This document shows positions 44,701-53,434 of a stretch of 64,000 bases of DNA, in pieces. The translations under genes and the position numbers were made by a program. Every line of letters starts with the position of its first letter. The stretch's first letter is position 1. The DNA lies in assembly GCA_017935505.1 (NCBI GenBank), contig JAGBHM010000027.1, positions 537 through 64,536 on the forward strand. Direction: 5' to 3'. Source of the DNA: Bacteroidales bacterium (GTDB lineage: Bacteria > Bacteroidota > Bacteroidia > Bacteroidales > UBA932). The notes below the pieces were generated by a model. That model had not been told where the DNA came from. It saw only the letters and a program-made list of their open reading frames with translations, and did no database searches.

Positions 44701-45939
44701 ATGAAAAAGCATTTGTTCTTCCCTGCGCTTGTGTGCGCACTATTTTCGTTTGTATTCAGCATGTGCTGCCCACAGCAATCTGCAGATGTCACTTTTGAGA
44801 GAGTTACACCGGAGAGTGTTGGCATGAATTCTGAAAAATTGGCCAAGGCCGATGAGATTATCAATGCATCAATTGCAAACAAAGAGATTCCCGGAGCAGT
44901 GTTGGCTGTAGTGAAAAACAGTAAACTGGCATATCTTAAAGCATACGGCAACAAGAGTGTATATCCAGATACAGTTGCCATGACCGAGAATACCGTTTTC
45001 GACCTTGCATCATGCAGTAAAGTTGTGGGAACCGCAATGTCAATGGCTCACCTTATGGAGAGAGGAGGGTTCAGACTTACCGACAAAGTGAGCATGTATA
45101 TCCCAGGTTTCCAGCCATGGACAGATCCTGAGACCGGAAAGACAACCGATATACGTATAATAGATCTTCTAACCCATTCATCGGGACTTCCTCCTTATGT
45201 ATCTCCTGAGGTCGTAATTAAAAAATGCGGTGTTGCAGATCCTGATTCGTTGATGGCACATATCTGCACCATGAAGAGGGATTATGCCCCTACAACAACT
45301 TTCCAATACAGCTGCCTCAACTTTATAACATTGCAGAATGTATTGCAGAACATTACAGGCAAGAGCATAAGCGAGTATGCACAGGAGAATATTTTTGATG
45401 TATTGGGAATGAAGCATACCACATATAATCCAAAAAAAGAGAACAAGGCTGAGATTATGGCATTGGTTGCCCCTACAGAGAAACAGCCTGACGGCTCAGT
45501 GCTTTGTGGTGAGGTACATGATCCTCTTGCAAGGGTTATGAACCATGGCAATTCAGGTAATGCAGGTGTATTCTCAAATGCGGAGGATCTGGCTCTTCTT
45601 GCTGCAGCCCTCATGAATGACGGAGAGATCAATGGCAAACATGTATTGGGCAAACTTACCGTAGAGGCAATGACAAGAGTGCCTGCAGATTTGAGACATA
45701 TCGGCTGCTCATTGGGATGGCACAATTTTACCCCTTATTCTTCAAATAACGGCCATATGTTCCATCCTGAGCGTACATTCGGCCATACAGGTTATACAGG
45801 AACATCATTCGTTGTAGACCCTGTATCAAAGACTGCCGTTATCCTTTTGACTCATAGGGTTCATCCTGAGGATAAAGGTGGCGTTGTAAGATTGAGGGCA
45901 CAAATCGCAAATGTGGTTGCTGGTGCTGTAGAGGAGTAG
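44701..45939 (+). CDS. Serine hydrolase, beta-lactamase (class C / esterase) family, secreted
   Basis: SxxK motif ASCSKV, YxN motif YSCLN, and HTG (HTGYTG). Confidence 0.8.
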   Translation: MKKHLFFPALVCALFSFVFSMCCPQQSADVTFERVTPESVGMNSEKLAKADEIINASIANKEIPGAVLAVVKNSKLAYLKAYGNKSVYPDTVAMTENTVFDLASCSKVVGTAMSMAHLMERGGFRLTDKVSMYIPGFQPWTDPETGKTTDIRIIDLLTHSSGLPPYVSPEVVIKKCGVADPDSLMAHICTMKRDYAPTTTFQYSCLNFITLQNVLQNITGKSISEYAQENIFDVLGMKHTTYNPKKENKAEIMALVAPTEKQPDGSVLCGEVHDPLARVMNHGNSGNAGVFSNAEDLALLAAALMNDGEINGKHVLGKLTVEAMTRVPADLRHIGCSLGWHNFTPYSSNNGHMFHPERTFGHTGYTGTSFVVDPVSKTAVILLTHRVHPEDKGGVVRLRAQIANVVAGAVEE

Positions 45940-45960
45940 ATATCTTTACAATAGTATAAA

Positions 45961-46001
45961 AAGGGATGACTGGTTTTATTGCCGGCCATCCCTTTTCTTT
46001 T
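45961..46001. terminator. Bidirectional terminator between convergent genes
   Basis: GGGATGACTGG (45963-45973) pairs with CCGGCCATCCC (45982-45992), followed by TTTTCTTTTT. Confidence 0.6.
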
Positions 46002-46016
46002 TGCATTAGAATGAGT

Positions 46017-46790
46017 CTATTCCAGATTTTTTCTCACACCGTCGAGGAAAATCTTCATCTTTGCACTCTCTTTTTTACTTACTATTTCCGACAGCTGGGT
46101 GAGCTCATTTATAATTTTCTCCAACTGCCCTGGTGTATTAGGATTGAAGAGAATCTCTGTAAGCAGATAATCATCTTCGGAGAGAAGACCTCTGGCTATT
46201 GCCATATGCTTCTTGAATGTGGTTCCGGGGGCATCCTGATGCTTCATGATGGAGCCGAATACAAGTGTTGAGGCAAACGGAATGGAGAGTGAATATGCCA
46301 CCACTTCATCGTGCCCCTCGAATGTATATTCACAAATATTGAGTTTTAGTGAGCTGAAGAGGTCTTTGAAAAATATTTTTCCAAGGTAGTCAGACTCCTT
46401 TATCAATATTGCATTCTCGGTCTGCAGATTGCCCAGGTTGGCAAATGTCGGTCCGAACATCGGGTGAGTTGAGACAAATCTGAAACCACACTGCTGATAA
46501 AACTCCTTCAGACCGGTTTTCACAGAGGCAATGTCGGCAAGGATACAATCTTTATTTATATGTGGAATCACATCCTTGAAGGCTTGGATTGTGTAATTTA
46601 AAGTGACACAATTCAATACAAGTTCTGGAGAAAATTCATCCACTTCATCATAACTTTTGAATCTCAATGCATTGTAGATGAAACGCATCCTCTTCGGATC
46701 AGACTCGAAAACCGCCACATCGTGGTTGAAGCTGAGCAGGTCTGTAAAGAATGACCCCATTTTGCCGGCTCCCAATATTAAAATTCTCAT
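46017..46790 (-). CDS. tyrA: Prephenate dehydrogenase
   Basis: Rossmann motif MRILILGAGKMGSFF, 257 aa, and its context in the Phe/Tyr operon. Confidence 0.8.
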   Translation of the reverse strand: MRILILGAGKMGSFFTDLLSFNHDVAVFESDPKRMRFIYNALRFKSYDEVDEFSPELVLNCVTLNYTIQAFKDVIPHINKDCILADIASVKTGLKEFYQQCGFRFVSTHPMFGPTFANLGNLQTENAILIKESDYLGKIFFKDLFSSLKLNICEYTFEGHDEVVAYSLSIPFASTLVFGSIMKHQDAPGTTFKKHMAIARGLLSEDDYLLTEILFNPNTPGQLEKIINELTQLSEIVSKKESAKMKIFLDGVRKNLE

Positions 46791-46817
46791 TACTTATTCA
46801 AATTTGTATCCTAAAAA

Positions 46818-47882
46818 TCATTTCATAATCTCCATCTGCACCTTTACAGACTCCTCGTGGATGGCCTTCATTATCTCTGTAACAAAGTCTCCGCTCAGGT
46901 TGAGGGCCTCTCCCTGTTTTGCCCTGTTCTCAAGAATATCGTTGTATCGTCCGGATTGGAGGATAGGCATATTATGCTCTTTCTTGTAAATACCTATCTC
47001 TTTTGAGATTCTCATACGTTTAGCCAAAATTGTGAGAAGTTTCTCATCAATTTCATCAATCTGTTTTCTCAGGATATTGATATTTTCTGTAGTCTGGCCG
47101 TTTTCTCTGATGACAAGCATGTTCAATGTATAATCAAGTACATCTGGGGTTATCTGTTGTGCAGCATCGCTGAGCGCGCAGTCGGGATTGCAGTGCGATT
47201 CTATTATGAGACCTTCGAATTTAAGGTCGAGAGCCTGCTGTGCAATAGGGGCAACCAACTCCCTCTTGCCGCCTATATGGCTTGGGTCGCAGAATACTGT
47301 GATGTTCGGATATCTTCTCTTCAATTCAATTGGAATATGCCACAACGGAAGGTTTCTGTAGAGTTTCTTCTCGTATGAACTGAATCCTCTGTGGATTACA
47401 CCAAGATTTGTTATGCCGGCTCTGTACATGCGCTCGATTGCTCCAATCCAGAGCTCAAGGTCAGGGTTGACAGGGTTTTTGATCAGCACAGGAATATCGG
47501 TACCTTTGAGCGCATCTGCGAGCTCCTGCATTGCAAATGGATTTGCTACAGTCCTTGCTCCAATCCATAATATGTCAATACCCGCTTTTATCGCTTCAAA
47601 TACATGATATGGAGTGGCAACCTCTGTTGCTGTGAGCATTCCGGTGGTCTGTTTAACCTCTTTCAACCATGGCAGCCCGACAGCTCCTACACCCTCAAAA
47701 CCACCAGGTTTGGTGCGTGGTTTCCAGATTCCGGCCCTGAATATCTTTATTCCTTTTGCCGCCAGACTTGCTGCTGTTTCCAAAACCTGTTCGCGGCTCT
47801 CTGCACTGCATGGACCGGCAATTACAATAGGTCTTTTGCTATCGATGCCGTTTATCTTTATTTGATCGATTTCCATTTTCAT
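46818..47882 (-). CDS. Bifunctional DAHP synthase (type I-beta) / chorismate mutase
   Basis: GPCSAES and IWKPRTKPGGFEG (DAHPS/KDO8PS fold). C-terminal AroQ-like LRKQIDEIDEKLLTILAKRMRISKEIG. Confidence 0.85.
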   Translation of the reverse strand: MKMEIDQIKINGIDSKRPIVIAGPCSAESREQVLETAASLAAKGIKIFRAGIWKPRTKPGGFEGVGAVGLPWLKEVKQTTGMLTATEVATPYHVFEAIKAGIDILWIGARTVANPFAMQELADALKGTDIPVLIKNPVNPDLELWIGAIERMYRAGITNLGVIHRGFSSYEKKLYRNLPLWHIPIELKRRYPNITVFCDPSHIGGKRELVAPIAQQALDLKFEGLIIESHCNPDCALSDAAQQITPDVLDYTLNMLVIRENGQTTENINILRKQIDEIDEKLLTILAKRMRISKEIGIYKKEHNMPILQSGRYNDILENRAKQGEALNLSGDFVTEIMKAIHEESVKVQMEIMK

Positions 47883-47932
47883 ATCTGATGATTTTTATTG
47901 TCTATTTTCTGTTTTTCTCTTTTGTGTAGGTT

Positions 47933-49105
47933 TTACAGGGCGGCCTTTATTCTCTTCAAGGCCTCTTCGAGTTGCGGCTCTTTGCAGCACAAAGAGATCC
48001 TCACATAGTTCTCTCCCTGGCTTCCGAATATGAATCCGGGTGTGATGAATACCTTTGCTTTGTAGAGTACATCATCGCACAACTCTTTTGCATTGCCCTT
48101 CACTTTGCCCCAAAGGAACATGCCTACCTGCTCTTTTCTGGCGTCGGCCCCTATTGTCTCCATAATCTGATGGGCAAGGGCGCGTCTGCCTGAGTATACG
48201 GCATTCATCTTGTCATACCAGCTGCGCTCTGCCTTGAGGGCCTCCACGGCGGCAAGCTGCATAGGACGGAACATTCCCGAGTCCATATTGCTCTTCACCC
48301 GCAGAATCCACTGCATAAATATGCTGTTTGTTGCAACCATTCCTATACGCCATCCCGGCATATTTGATGATTTGCTGAGAGAGTTCAGCTCAATACATAT
48401 ATCTTTTGCTCCCGGTATGCTCAGAATGCTCAGAGGCTTCTCTGTGAGGATGAAGCTGTATGGATTGTCGTGGCATATTACAATATTGTGTTTCTTGCCA
48501 AAGGCAACAAGCTTTTCAAAAAGTTCTGTGGAACCATTTGCTCCGGTAGGCATATTAGGGTAGTTGCACCACATCAGCTTTATGCTCTTAAGGTCAATCT
48601 CCCCCTTTGCATCAGCCTCTTCAAGAGCTCGGAAATCTGGGTGCCAACCATTCTCTTCTGTGAGGTTGTAGTTGTATATTCTGGCTCCTGCCAGTTTTGA
48701 TACTGATGTATATGTAGGATATCCCGGGTTAGGGACAAGGACACCGTCTCCTTCATTGATGAAGGCGAGCGTGATGTGCATTATGCCCTCTTTGCTTCCT
48801 ATGAGCGGAAGTATCTCATTTGTCGGGTTCAGCTCCACTCCATACCATTTTTTATACCAGTTGGCAAACTCCTCCCTAAGTTCTGCAATGCCCACATACG
48901 GCTGGTAGCCGTGGATGTCTGGTCTGACTGCATTTGAGGTCAGGGCCTCTATTGTCTTTTCAGAAGGGGGTAAATCTGGACTTCCTATTCCAAGGTTTAT
49001 GACATTTTCCCCATTAGCATTCATCTGTGCAATCTCCTTCAACTTTACAGAGAAGTAGTACTCCTGCACATTGCTGACTCTGTTTGCCGGTACAATGGTT
49101 TTCAT
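47933..49105 (-). CDS. Class I/II PLP-dependent aminotransferase (probably aromatic/prephenate)
   Basis: PLP-lysine motif SLSKSSNMPGWRIG. Operon context. Confidence 0.85.
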   Translation of the reverse strand: MKTIVPANRVSNVQEYYFSVKLKEIAQMNANGENVINLGIGSPDLPPSEKTIEALTSNAVRPDIHGYQPYVGIAELREEFANWYKKWYGVELNPTNEILPLIGSKEGIMHITLAFINEGDGVLVPNPGYPTYTSVSKLAGARIYNYNLTEENGWHPDFRALEEADAKGEIDLKSIKLMWCNYPNMPTGANGSTELFEKLVAFGKKHNIVICHDNPYSFILTEKPLSILSIPGAKDICIELNSLSKSSNMPGWRIGMVATNSIFMQWILRVKSNMDSGMFRPMQLAAVEALKAERSWYDKMNAVYSGRRALAHQIMETIGADARKEQVGMFLWGKVKGNAKELCDDVLYKAKVFITPGFIFGSQGENYVRISLCCKEPQLEEALKRIKAAL

Positions 49106-49128
49106 ATATAATTGTGTTGAATCTCCGT

Positions 49129-50025
49129 TTATATTGTCTGTTTTCCTTCTGCATACTCTCCAAGGATCTTGAACTCCCTGCAGAGAGGCATTATTGCATC
49201 AATGGCCTGTATATAGCGTTGATAATCCTCAAAAAGAAGGTTTATGTAGAATTGGTACTCCCACTCTTTCCCAACTATCGGGAGCGACTGTATCATACTC
49301 AAGTTCATATCATAGAACGACAGAACTGCGAGCACTTTTGACAAACTTCCAGAAGAGTGCGGCAGAGTGAATACCATGGAACTCTTGTTCACCCATTGGT
49401 TGCCCTGTTGGGGCTCGATCTTTCCTGCTGCCTTCTCTCTGTTATAGAACTGTACCAATACCTCCTTGGCTATATCTTTATTGGCAAGAACCAGAAAGCG
49501 TGTAAAGTTGCGTTTGTTGGTCTCGATTCCCTCTGCAAGGATATTCATGCCGTATAGTTCGGCAGCTCCCGAAGGGCAGATTGCAGCATGGTCTGTGAGA
49601 TTGTTCTCCATAATCCATTTTGCACTGCCTGCAGTATCATCCTTCTCAACAAGTTTCATGTACGGGTGGCGGTCGAGAAAATCACCGCACTGCATAAGAG
49701 CCATCGGGTGGGAGTTCACCTCTTTTATCTGCTCAATGCCAACTCCAGGAAGTGCTACGAGCGAGTGCTCAATCCTCAATTTGTATTCACCCACAATAAC
49801 CAGGTCGTTCTCTCTTATAAGCTGATAATTTGGAAGTATGCTGCCGGCTATCGTATTCTCTATAGCCATCATGGCGAGAGTGTCGGGATTTGATGCAACC
49901 AGCTGGACCAGCTCCTTGAACGTGTCACAATCGATTGTCTGGATCTCATCCCCCTCAAAAAATGCCTTGGCTGCAATATAATGGTTACATCCTCCTATTC
50001 CCTGTATGGCAATTTTCCTTTTCAT
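49129..50025 (-). CDS. pheA: Prephenate dehydratase with an ACT domain
   Basis: IAIQGIGGCNHY and the NFTRFLVL (TRF) motif. I chose the ATG at 50025. The listed TTG at 50043 would sit immediately next to the attenuator terminator U-tract. Confidence 0.85.
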   Translation of the reverse strand: MKRKIAIQGIGGCNHYIAAKAFFEGDEIQTIDCDTFKELVQLVASNPDTLAMMAIENTIAGSILPNYQLIRENDLVIVGEYKLRIEHSLVALPGVGIEQIKEVNSHPMALMQCGDFLDRHPYMKLVEKDDTAGSAKWIMENNLTDHAAICPSGAAELYGMNILAEGIETNKRNFTRFLVLANKDIAKEVLVQFYNREKAAGKIEPQQGNQWVNKSSMVFTLPHSSGSLSKVLAVLSFYDMNLSMIQSLPIVGKEWEYQFYINLLFEDYQRYIQAIDAIMPLCREFKILGEYAEGKQTI

Positions 50026-50044
50026 AGTATGTTGATAGGTCAAT

Positions 50045-50123
50045 AAAAAAAACTCCCGCCCAAAGGACAGGAGTTATAAAATACTTTATATATAATCAGA
50101 AATACATACCAAACTCCCGTCCT
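50045..50123 (-). promoter_or_regulatory. Transcription attenuator (mutually exclusive antiterminator and terminator)
   Basis: On the minus strand, AAGGACGGGAGTT (fwd 50112-50124) can pair with AACTCCTGTCCTT (fwd 50063-75). That segment alternatively pairs with GGCGGGAGTT (fwd 50051-60), which is followed by T8. Confidence 0.65.
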
Positions 50124-50183
50124 TTACCTTGTGCTAAAGTAAAAGTAATAAAAGTAAGAGTATGTAAATCGATGTTGTCTCAT
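50124..50183 (-). CDS. Phe/Tyr-rich leader peptide (19 aa)
   Basis: ATG AGA CAA CAT CGA TTT ACA TAC TCT TAC TTT TAT TAC TTT TAC TTT AGC ACA AGG TAA gives MRQHRFTYSYFYYFYFSTR. Confidence 0.6.
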   Translation of the reverse strand: MRQHRFTYSYFYYFYFSTR

Positions 50184-50202
50184 ATCAAATGCAATTGCAG
50201 AA

Positions 50203-50210
50203 CAAATGTA
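50203..50210 (-). promoter_or_regulatory. Candidate -7 box TAcaTTTG for the leader/pheA operon
   Basis: The reverse complement of CAAATGTA is TACATTTG, with a CTTTG 19 nt upstream. The leader ATG is 20 nt downstream. Confidence 0.45.
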
Positions 50211-50244
50211 TATATTTTAGCCAAAACATCAAAGATTTTTTATA

Positions 50245-50252
50245 TAAATTTG
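50245..50252 (+). promoter_or_regulatory. Candidate -7 box TAaaTTTG for the aroB operon
   Basis: Exact TAnnTTTG match 17 nt upstream of the aroB ATG. Confidence 0.4.
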
Positions 50253-50268
50253 TAACCGTTAAAGGGAT

Positions 50269-51354
50269 ATGAATATGAGAAATATCTTTATCTATAAGGA
50301 TATCAGCGAGTTGAGTCGCTTCTTAAATGATAGTGACAATGTGTTTGTTGTTATAGACAGCAATCTGAAACATCTGCACAGCCACTTTGAAGGGTGCAAT
50401 ATGATAGAGATCCCTACCTCTGAGCAGAGGAAAACTTTGGAGTCTGTGGTGGAAATTACAGGAAGGCTTCTAGAGTCTGGTGCCGACAGGGGGGCCTTTG
50501 TGCTGGGAGTGGGTGGAGGAATAACAACTGATATGGCCGGTTTTGCCGCATCAATATATAAGCGTGGTGTGAAATTCGGATTTGTTCCAACAACACTGCT
50601 GGCTCAGGTTGATGCCTCTATCGGGGGAAAGAATGGGGTGAATTTTGAGTCATATAAAAATATAGTTGGTACGATTACCCAGCCTCAATGGGTATACATA
50701 TGCTCAGAGGTGCTGCGTACCCTCCATCCAAAAGAGTTCAGGGCTGGTGTTGCAGAGGTTCTCAAAACTTTTATACTCTTTGACAAGGAGCAGTATGCTG
50801 CTGCTGTGGAGTATTTTTCTGAATTGGAGCAATATCTTGCCTCTACAGGTTCATATCTTAAGAAGGGCGAATTTTACAAGGAGGAGCTCCTGTTGGAGAT
50901 AATAGGAAAATGTGCAGAATATAAATCTGCAGTTGTGGAGAGAGATGAATTTGAAAGGGGTGAGAGGCGGATGCTAAATCTTGGGCATACCTTTGCGCAT
51001 GCAATAGAGAAGATTTGTGGTGATACTCCTGATTATGGCCCGATAATGCATGGAGAGGCTGTCGCTATAGGAATGGTGCTTGCTGCCAAACTTGCCGCCT
51101 GCTATTATGGCATCTCATCTGATTTTGCGCAGCAGCTGGAGAGAGATCTGAAAAGCGTGGGACTTCCAACAGCCGTGCCGTCTGACAAAAATGGAAGGCA
51201 GATGCCTCTGGGAATGTTGGTGGAGGCCCTTAGAATGGATAAAAAAGTTGCAGGAGAATCAATACATTTCATACTTCCCAAGAGAGTGGGTGAGGTGAAT
51301 GATGTATTGGTACCATTAAAAATAGTGGAGGAAATTAGCTGTGATTTGTGTTAG
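50269..51354 (+). CDS. aroB: 3-dehydroquinate synthase
   Basis: GGGITTDMAGFAASIYKRGVKF, DASIGGKNGVN and LNLGHTFAHAIE. Confidence 0.9.
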   Translation: MNMRNIFIYKDISELSRFLNDSDNVFVVIDSNLKHLHSHFEGCNMIEIPTSEQRKTLESVVEITGRLLESGADRGAFVLGVGGGITTDMAGFAASIYKRGVKFGFVPTTLLAQVDASIGGKNGVNFESYKNIVGTITQPQWVYICSEVLRTLHPKEFRAGVAEVLKTFILFDKEQYAAAVEYFSELEQYLASTGSYLKKGEFYKEELLLEIIGKCAEYKSAVVERDEFERGERRMLNLGHTFAHAIEKICGDTPDYGPIMHGEAVAIGMVLAAKLAACYYGISSDFAQQLERDLKSVGLPTAVPSDKNGRQMPLGMLVEALRMDKKVAGESIHFILPKRVGEVNDVLVPLKIVEEISCDLC

Positions 51355-53413
51355 TATACAGGAAACAACCCTTCAGGGCTGCCTGAAAGCGATGGCAGAT
51401 GCACCTATGGTTGAGTTGAGGGCAGATTTGTGCAGATTGTCGCTGGAAGAACTGGAGGTTGCTGTGGCATCCCATCCTAATCTGCTCATAACCTGCAGAA
51501 TCGCAAATAGTTCGATTGAATTTGCCAGGGAGCAGATAATTACCGCAATACGCAAAGGGGCCAAGTATGTAGATATTGAGATAGAGGCTCCTGTCGATTT
51601 TTTGGAGTATGTTAAGGTTTATGCACAGGTCAACGGTGCAAAACTGATAATTTCGTATCACGATTTCAACGGAACTCCATCGTTTGATGAACTGAGGCAG
51701 ATTGCCGATGTGTGCAGACGCAAAGGTGCCGATATAGTAAAGATTGTCACAACAGCTCATGATATCTCTGATGCTGTGCGGACACTCAGCCTGTATAAGA
51801 TGGATGGCTGGGCAAAGGAGTTCACAACAAACAACTATTCTGAGGTTAAGGATGTGAAGTTGCTTGCCTTTGCCATGGGCAAAGCGGGGCAGTTCAGCCG
51901 TTATCTCTCTCTAAAACTTGGTGCGCCATATACCTATTGTGCCTATGGCGAAAACTCTGCAACAGCTCCGGGCCAGTATACAGTGGCCCAGATGGCGAAG
52001 TTGTTGGAGCCGGGCCGCGTAGAGCTCAATTATCCCCTTGATATAACATCAACCTCCATTCCTTGTTCAAAAAGTGTGGCACAGAGGGCCATTCTGGCTG
52101 CCGCTTTTGCAAAGGGGGTTACCCTTCTTACCAATTTTGAACCATGCAACGATATCAATGGGGCAATAAAGGTGATAGAGCAACTCGGGTGTAGTGTGGA
52201 GTGTGAGAATGGGGAACTTGTAATAAAAAGTGGTGGCGCAGCAGAGATTGTCAAAGGACTGCTGGCCAGTGGCGAAGATATTAAGATAGTTACCGGAGAA
52301 TCTGGCTTGCTAACCCGTCTGCTCATACCGTTTGCGGCATATGCCTCCGGGTGTGGTGATGCTGCTGGCGGAGATGCCATTGGCGGAGTTCGTGGCAAGG
52401 AGTGCAGCATAGAGATAACCGGACATGGCAGTATACTAGGTCGTAATCTTGGTGGAGCTGCGGCTGCTGTAGAGAACGCGGGAGCGGTGTGCTCTACAAC
52501 AAATGGAGGATATCTGCCATTTACAGTAAGTGGTGGCATGAGTGCCCGTAGAATTGTCATAGATGGAGCGGAGAGCTCACAGACTGTTTCGGGATTTTTG
52601 ATGACATTGCCGCTGCTGCCATACAATACTGTACTGCAGATAGAAAACCCTACAAGCATACCATATATCAACCTTACATTGGGCGTGCTGGAGAATTTTG
52701 GAATAGAGATAAATGAAGAGAGACTTTCGGACGGATCCATTGTATTTTATATTGAGGGTGGGCAGGAGTACTCCCCATGCAGCCTTTATATGGAGCCCGA
52801 CTGGAGTTCGGCATCATTCTTTGCTGTTGCATATGCAATATCATCAATGATGGAGCGCAGAAGCGTGGCATCCGGCAGAAGGTATGCTCTTTTGAATATG
52901 CAACTCGGTACAGCCCAGGCCGATGAGGCCATTTTGAAAGTTCTGGAAATGGCTGGGGCAAAAGTTGAGGCAATACCGTCGGGGTATGCGTATGATATAG
53001 AGATAAGTGCTTCTGAGGGGCTGTCGGCATTTGATTTTGATGCTACAAATGCTCCGGACCTCTTCCCTATATTGACCGTGCTGGCCCTCTTCTGCAGCGG
53101 AAAATCTGTGATAAAAGGGGTGAGCCGCCTTTTGCAGAAGGAGAGCAACAGGGCCGAGAGCATATATACCGAATTTACGGCATTGGGGGCTGATATCAAT
53201 ATAGAGGGAGACTATATGTATATTTGTGGAGCAGATGGTAAGGAAGTAGCTCCATCTCTGCACGGTGGTAATGTGCACAGCCATAACGACCACAGGATTG
53301 CAATGAGCCTTATTGTTGCATCGTTGTTTGTTGGAGAGCCAGTATTTCTTGATGAACTAAAGTGCATGGACAAATCATTTCCCTCTTTTTTAAGACATTT
53401 AAGTGACAATTAA
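51341..53413 (+). CDS. Fusion protein: type I 3-dehydroquinate dehydratase (N-terminal ~240 aa) + EPSP synthase (C-terminal ~450 aa)
   Basis: The AroD part has VELRADL, ISYHDFNGTP, the catalytic-Lys context ADIVKIVTTA, and SATAPGQ. The AroA part has IPCSKSVAQRAILAAA, AESSQTVSGFLM, KESNRAES and HNDHRIAMSL. It is one uninterrupted 690-codon ORF. Confidence 0.8.
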   Translation: MICVSIQETTLQGCLKAMADAPMVELRADLCRLSLEELEVAVASHPNLLITCRIANSSIEFAREQIITAIRKGAKYVDIEIEAPVDFLEYVKVYAQVNGAKLIISYHDFNGTPSFDELRQIADVCRRKGADIVKIVTTAHDISDAVRTLSLYKMDGWAKEFTTNNYSEVKDVKLLAFAMGKAGQFSRYLSLKLGAPYTYCAYGENSATAPGQYTVAQMAKLLEPGRVELNYPLDITSTSIPCSKSVAQRAILAAAFAKGVTLLTNFEPCNDINGAIKVIEQLGCSVECENGELVIKSGGAAEIVKGLLASGEDIKIVTGESGLLTRLLIPFAAYASGCGDAAGGDAIGGVRGKECSIEITGHGSILGRNLGGAAAAVENAGAVCSTTNGGYLPFTVSGGMSARRIVIDGAESSQTVSGFLMTLPLLPYNTVLQIENPTSIPYINLTLGVLENFGIEINEERLSDGSIVFYIEGGQEYSPCSLYMEPDWSSASFFAVAYAISSMMERRSVASGRRYALLNMQLGTAQADEAILKVLEMAGAKVEAIPSGYAYDIEISASEGLSAFDFDATNAPDLFPILTVLALFCSGKSVIKGVSRLLQKESNRAESIYTEFTALGADINIEGDYMYICGADGKEVAPSLHGGNVHSHNDHRIAMSLIVASLFVGEPVFLDELKCMDKSFPSFLRHLSDN

Positions 53414-53434
53414 TTTCCCGATAGGGCAGTAGAT

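Noticed and set aside
50026-50043. The TTG start listed for pheA at 50043.
   Set aside because: It abuts the attenuator terminator U-tract. The ATG at 50025 (MKRKIAIQG) matches the usual prephenate dehydratase N-terminus.
52030-52740. 236-aa minus-strand ORF, plus 52674-53293 antisense ORFs.
   Set aside because: They are antisense to the AroD-AroA fusion, which carries clear catalytic motifs. The Pro/Ser/Ala-rich translation is typical of antisense frames.
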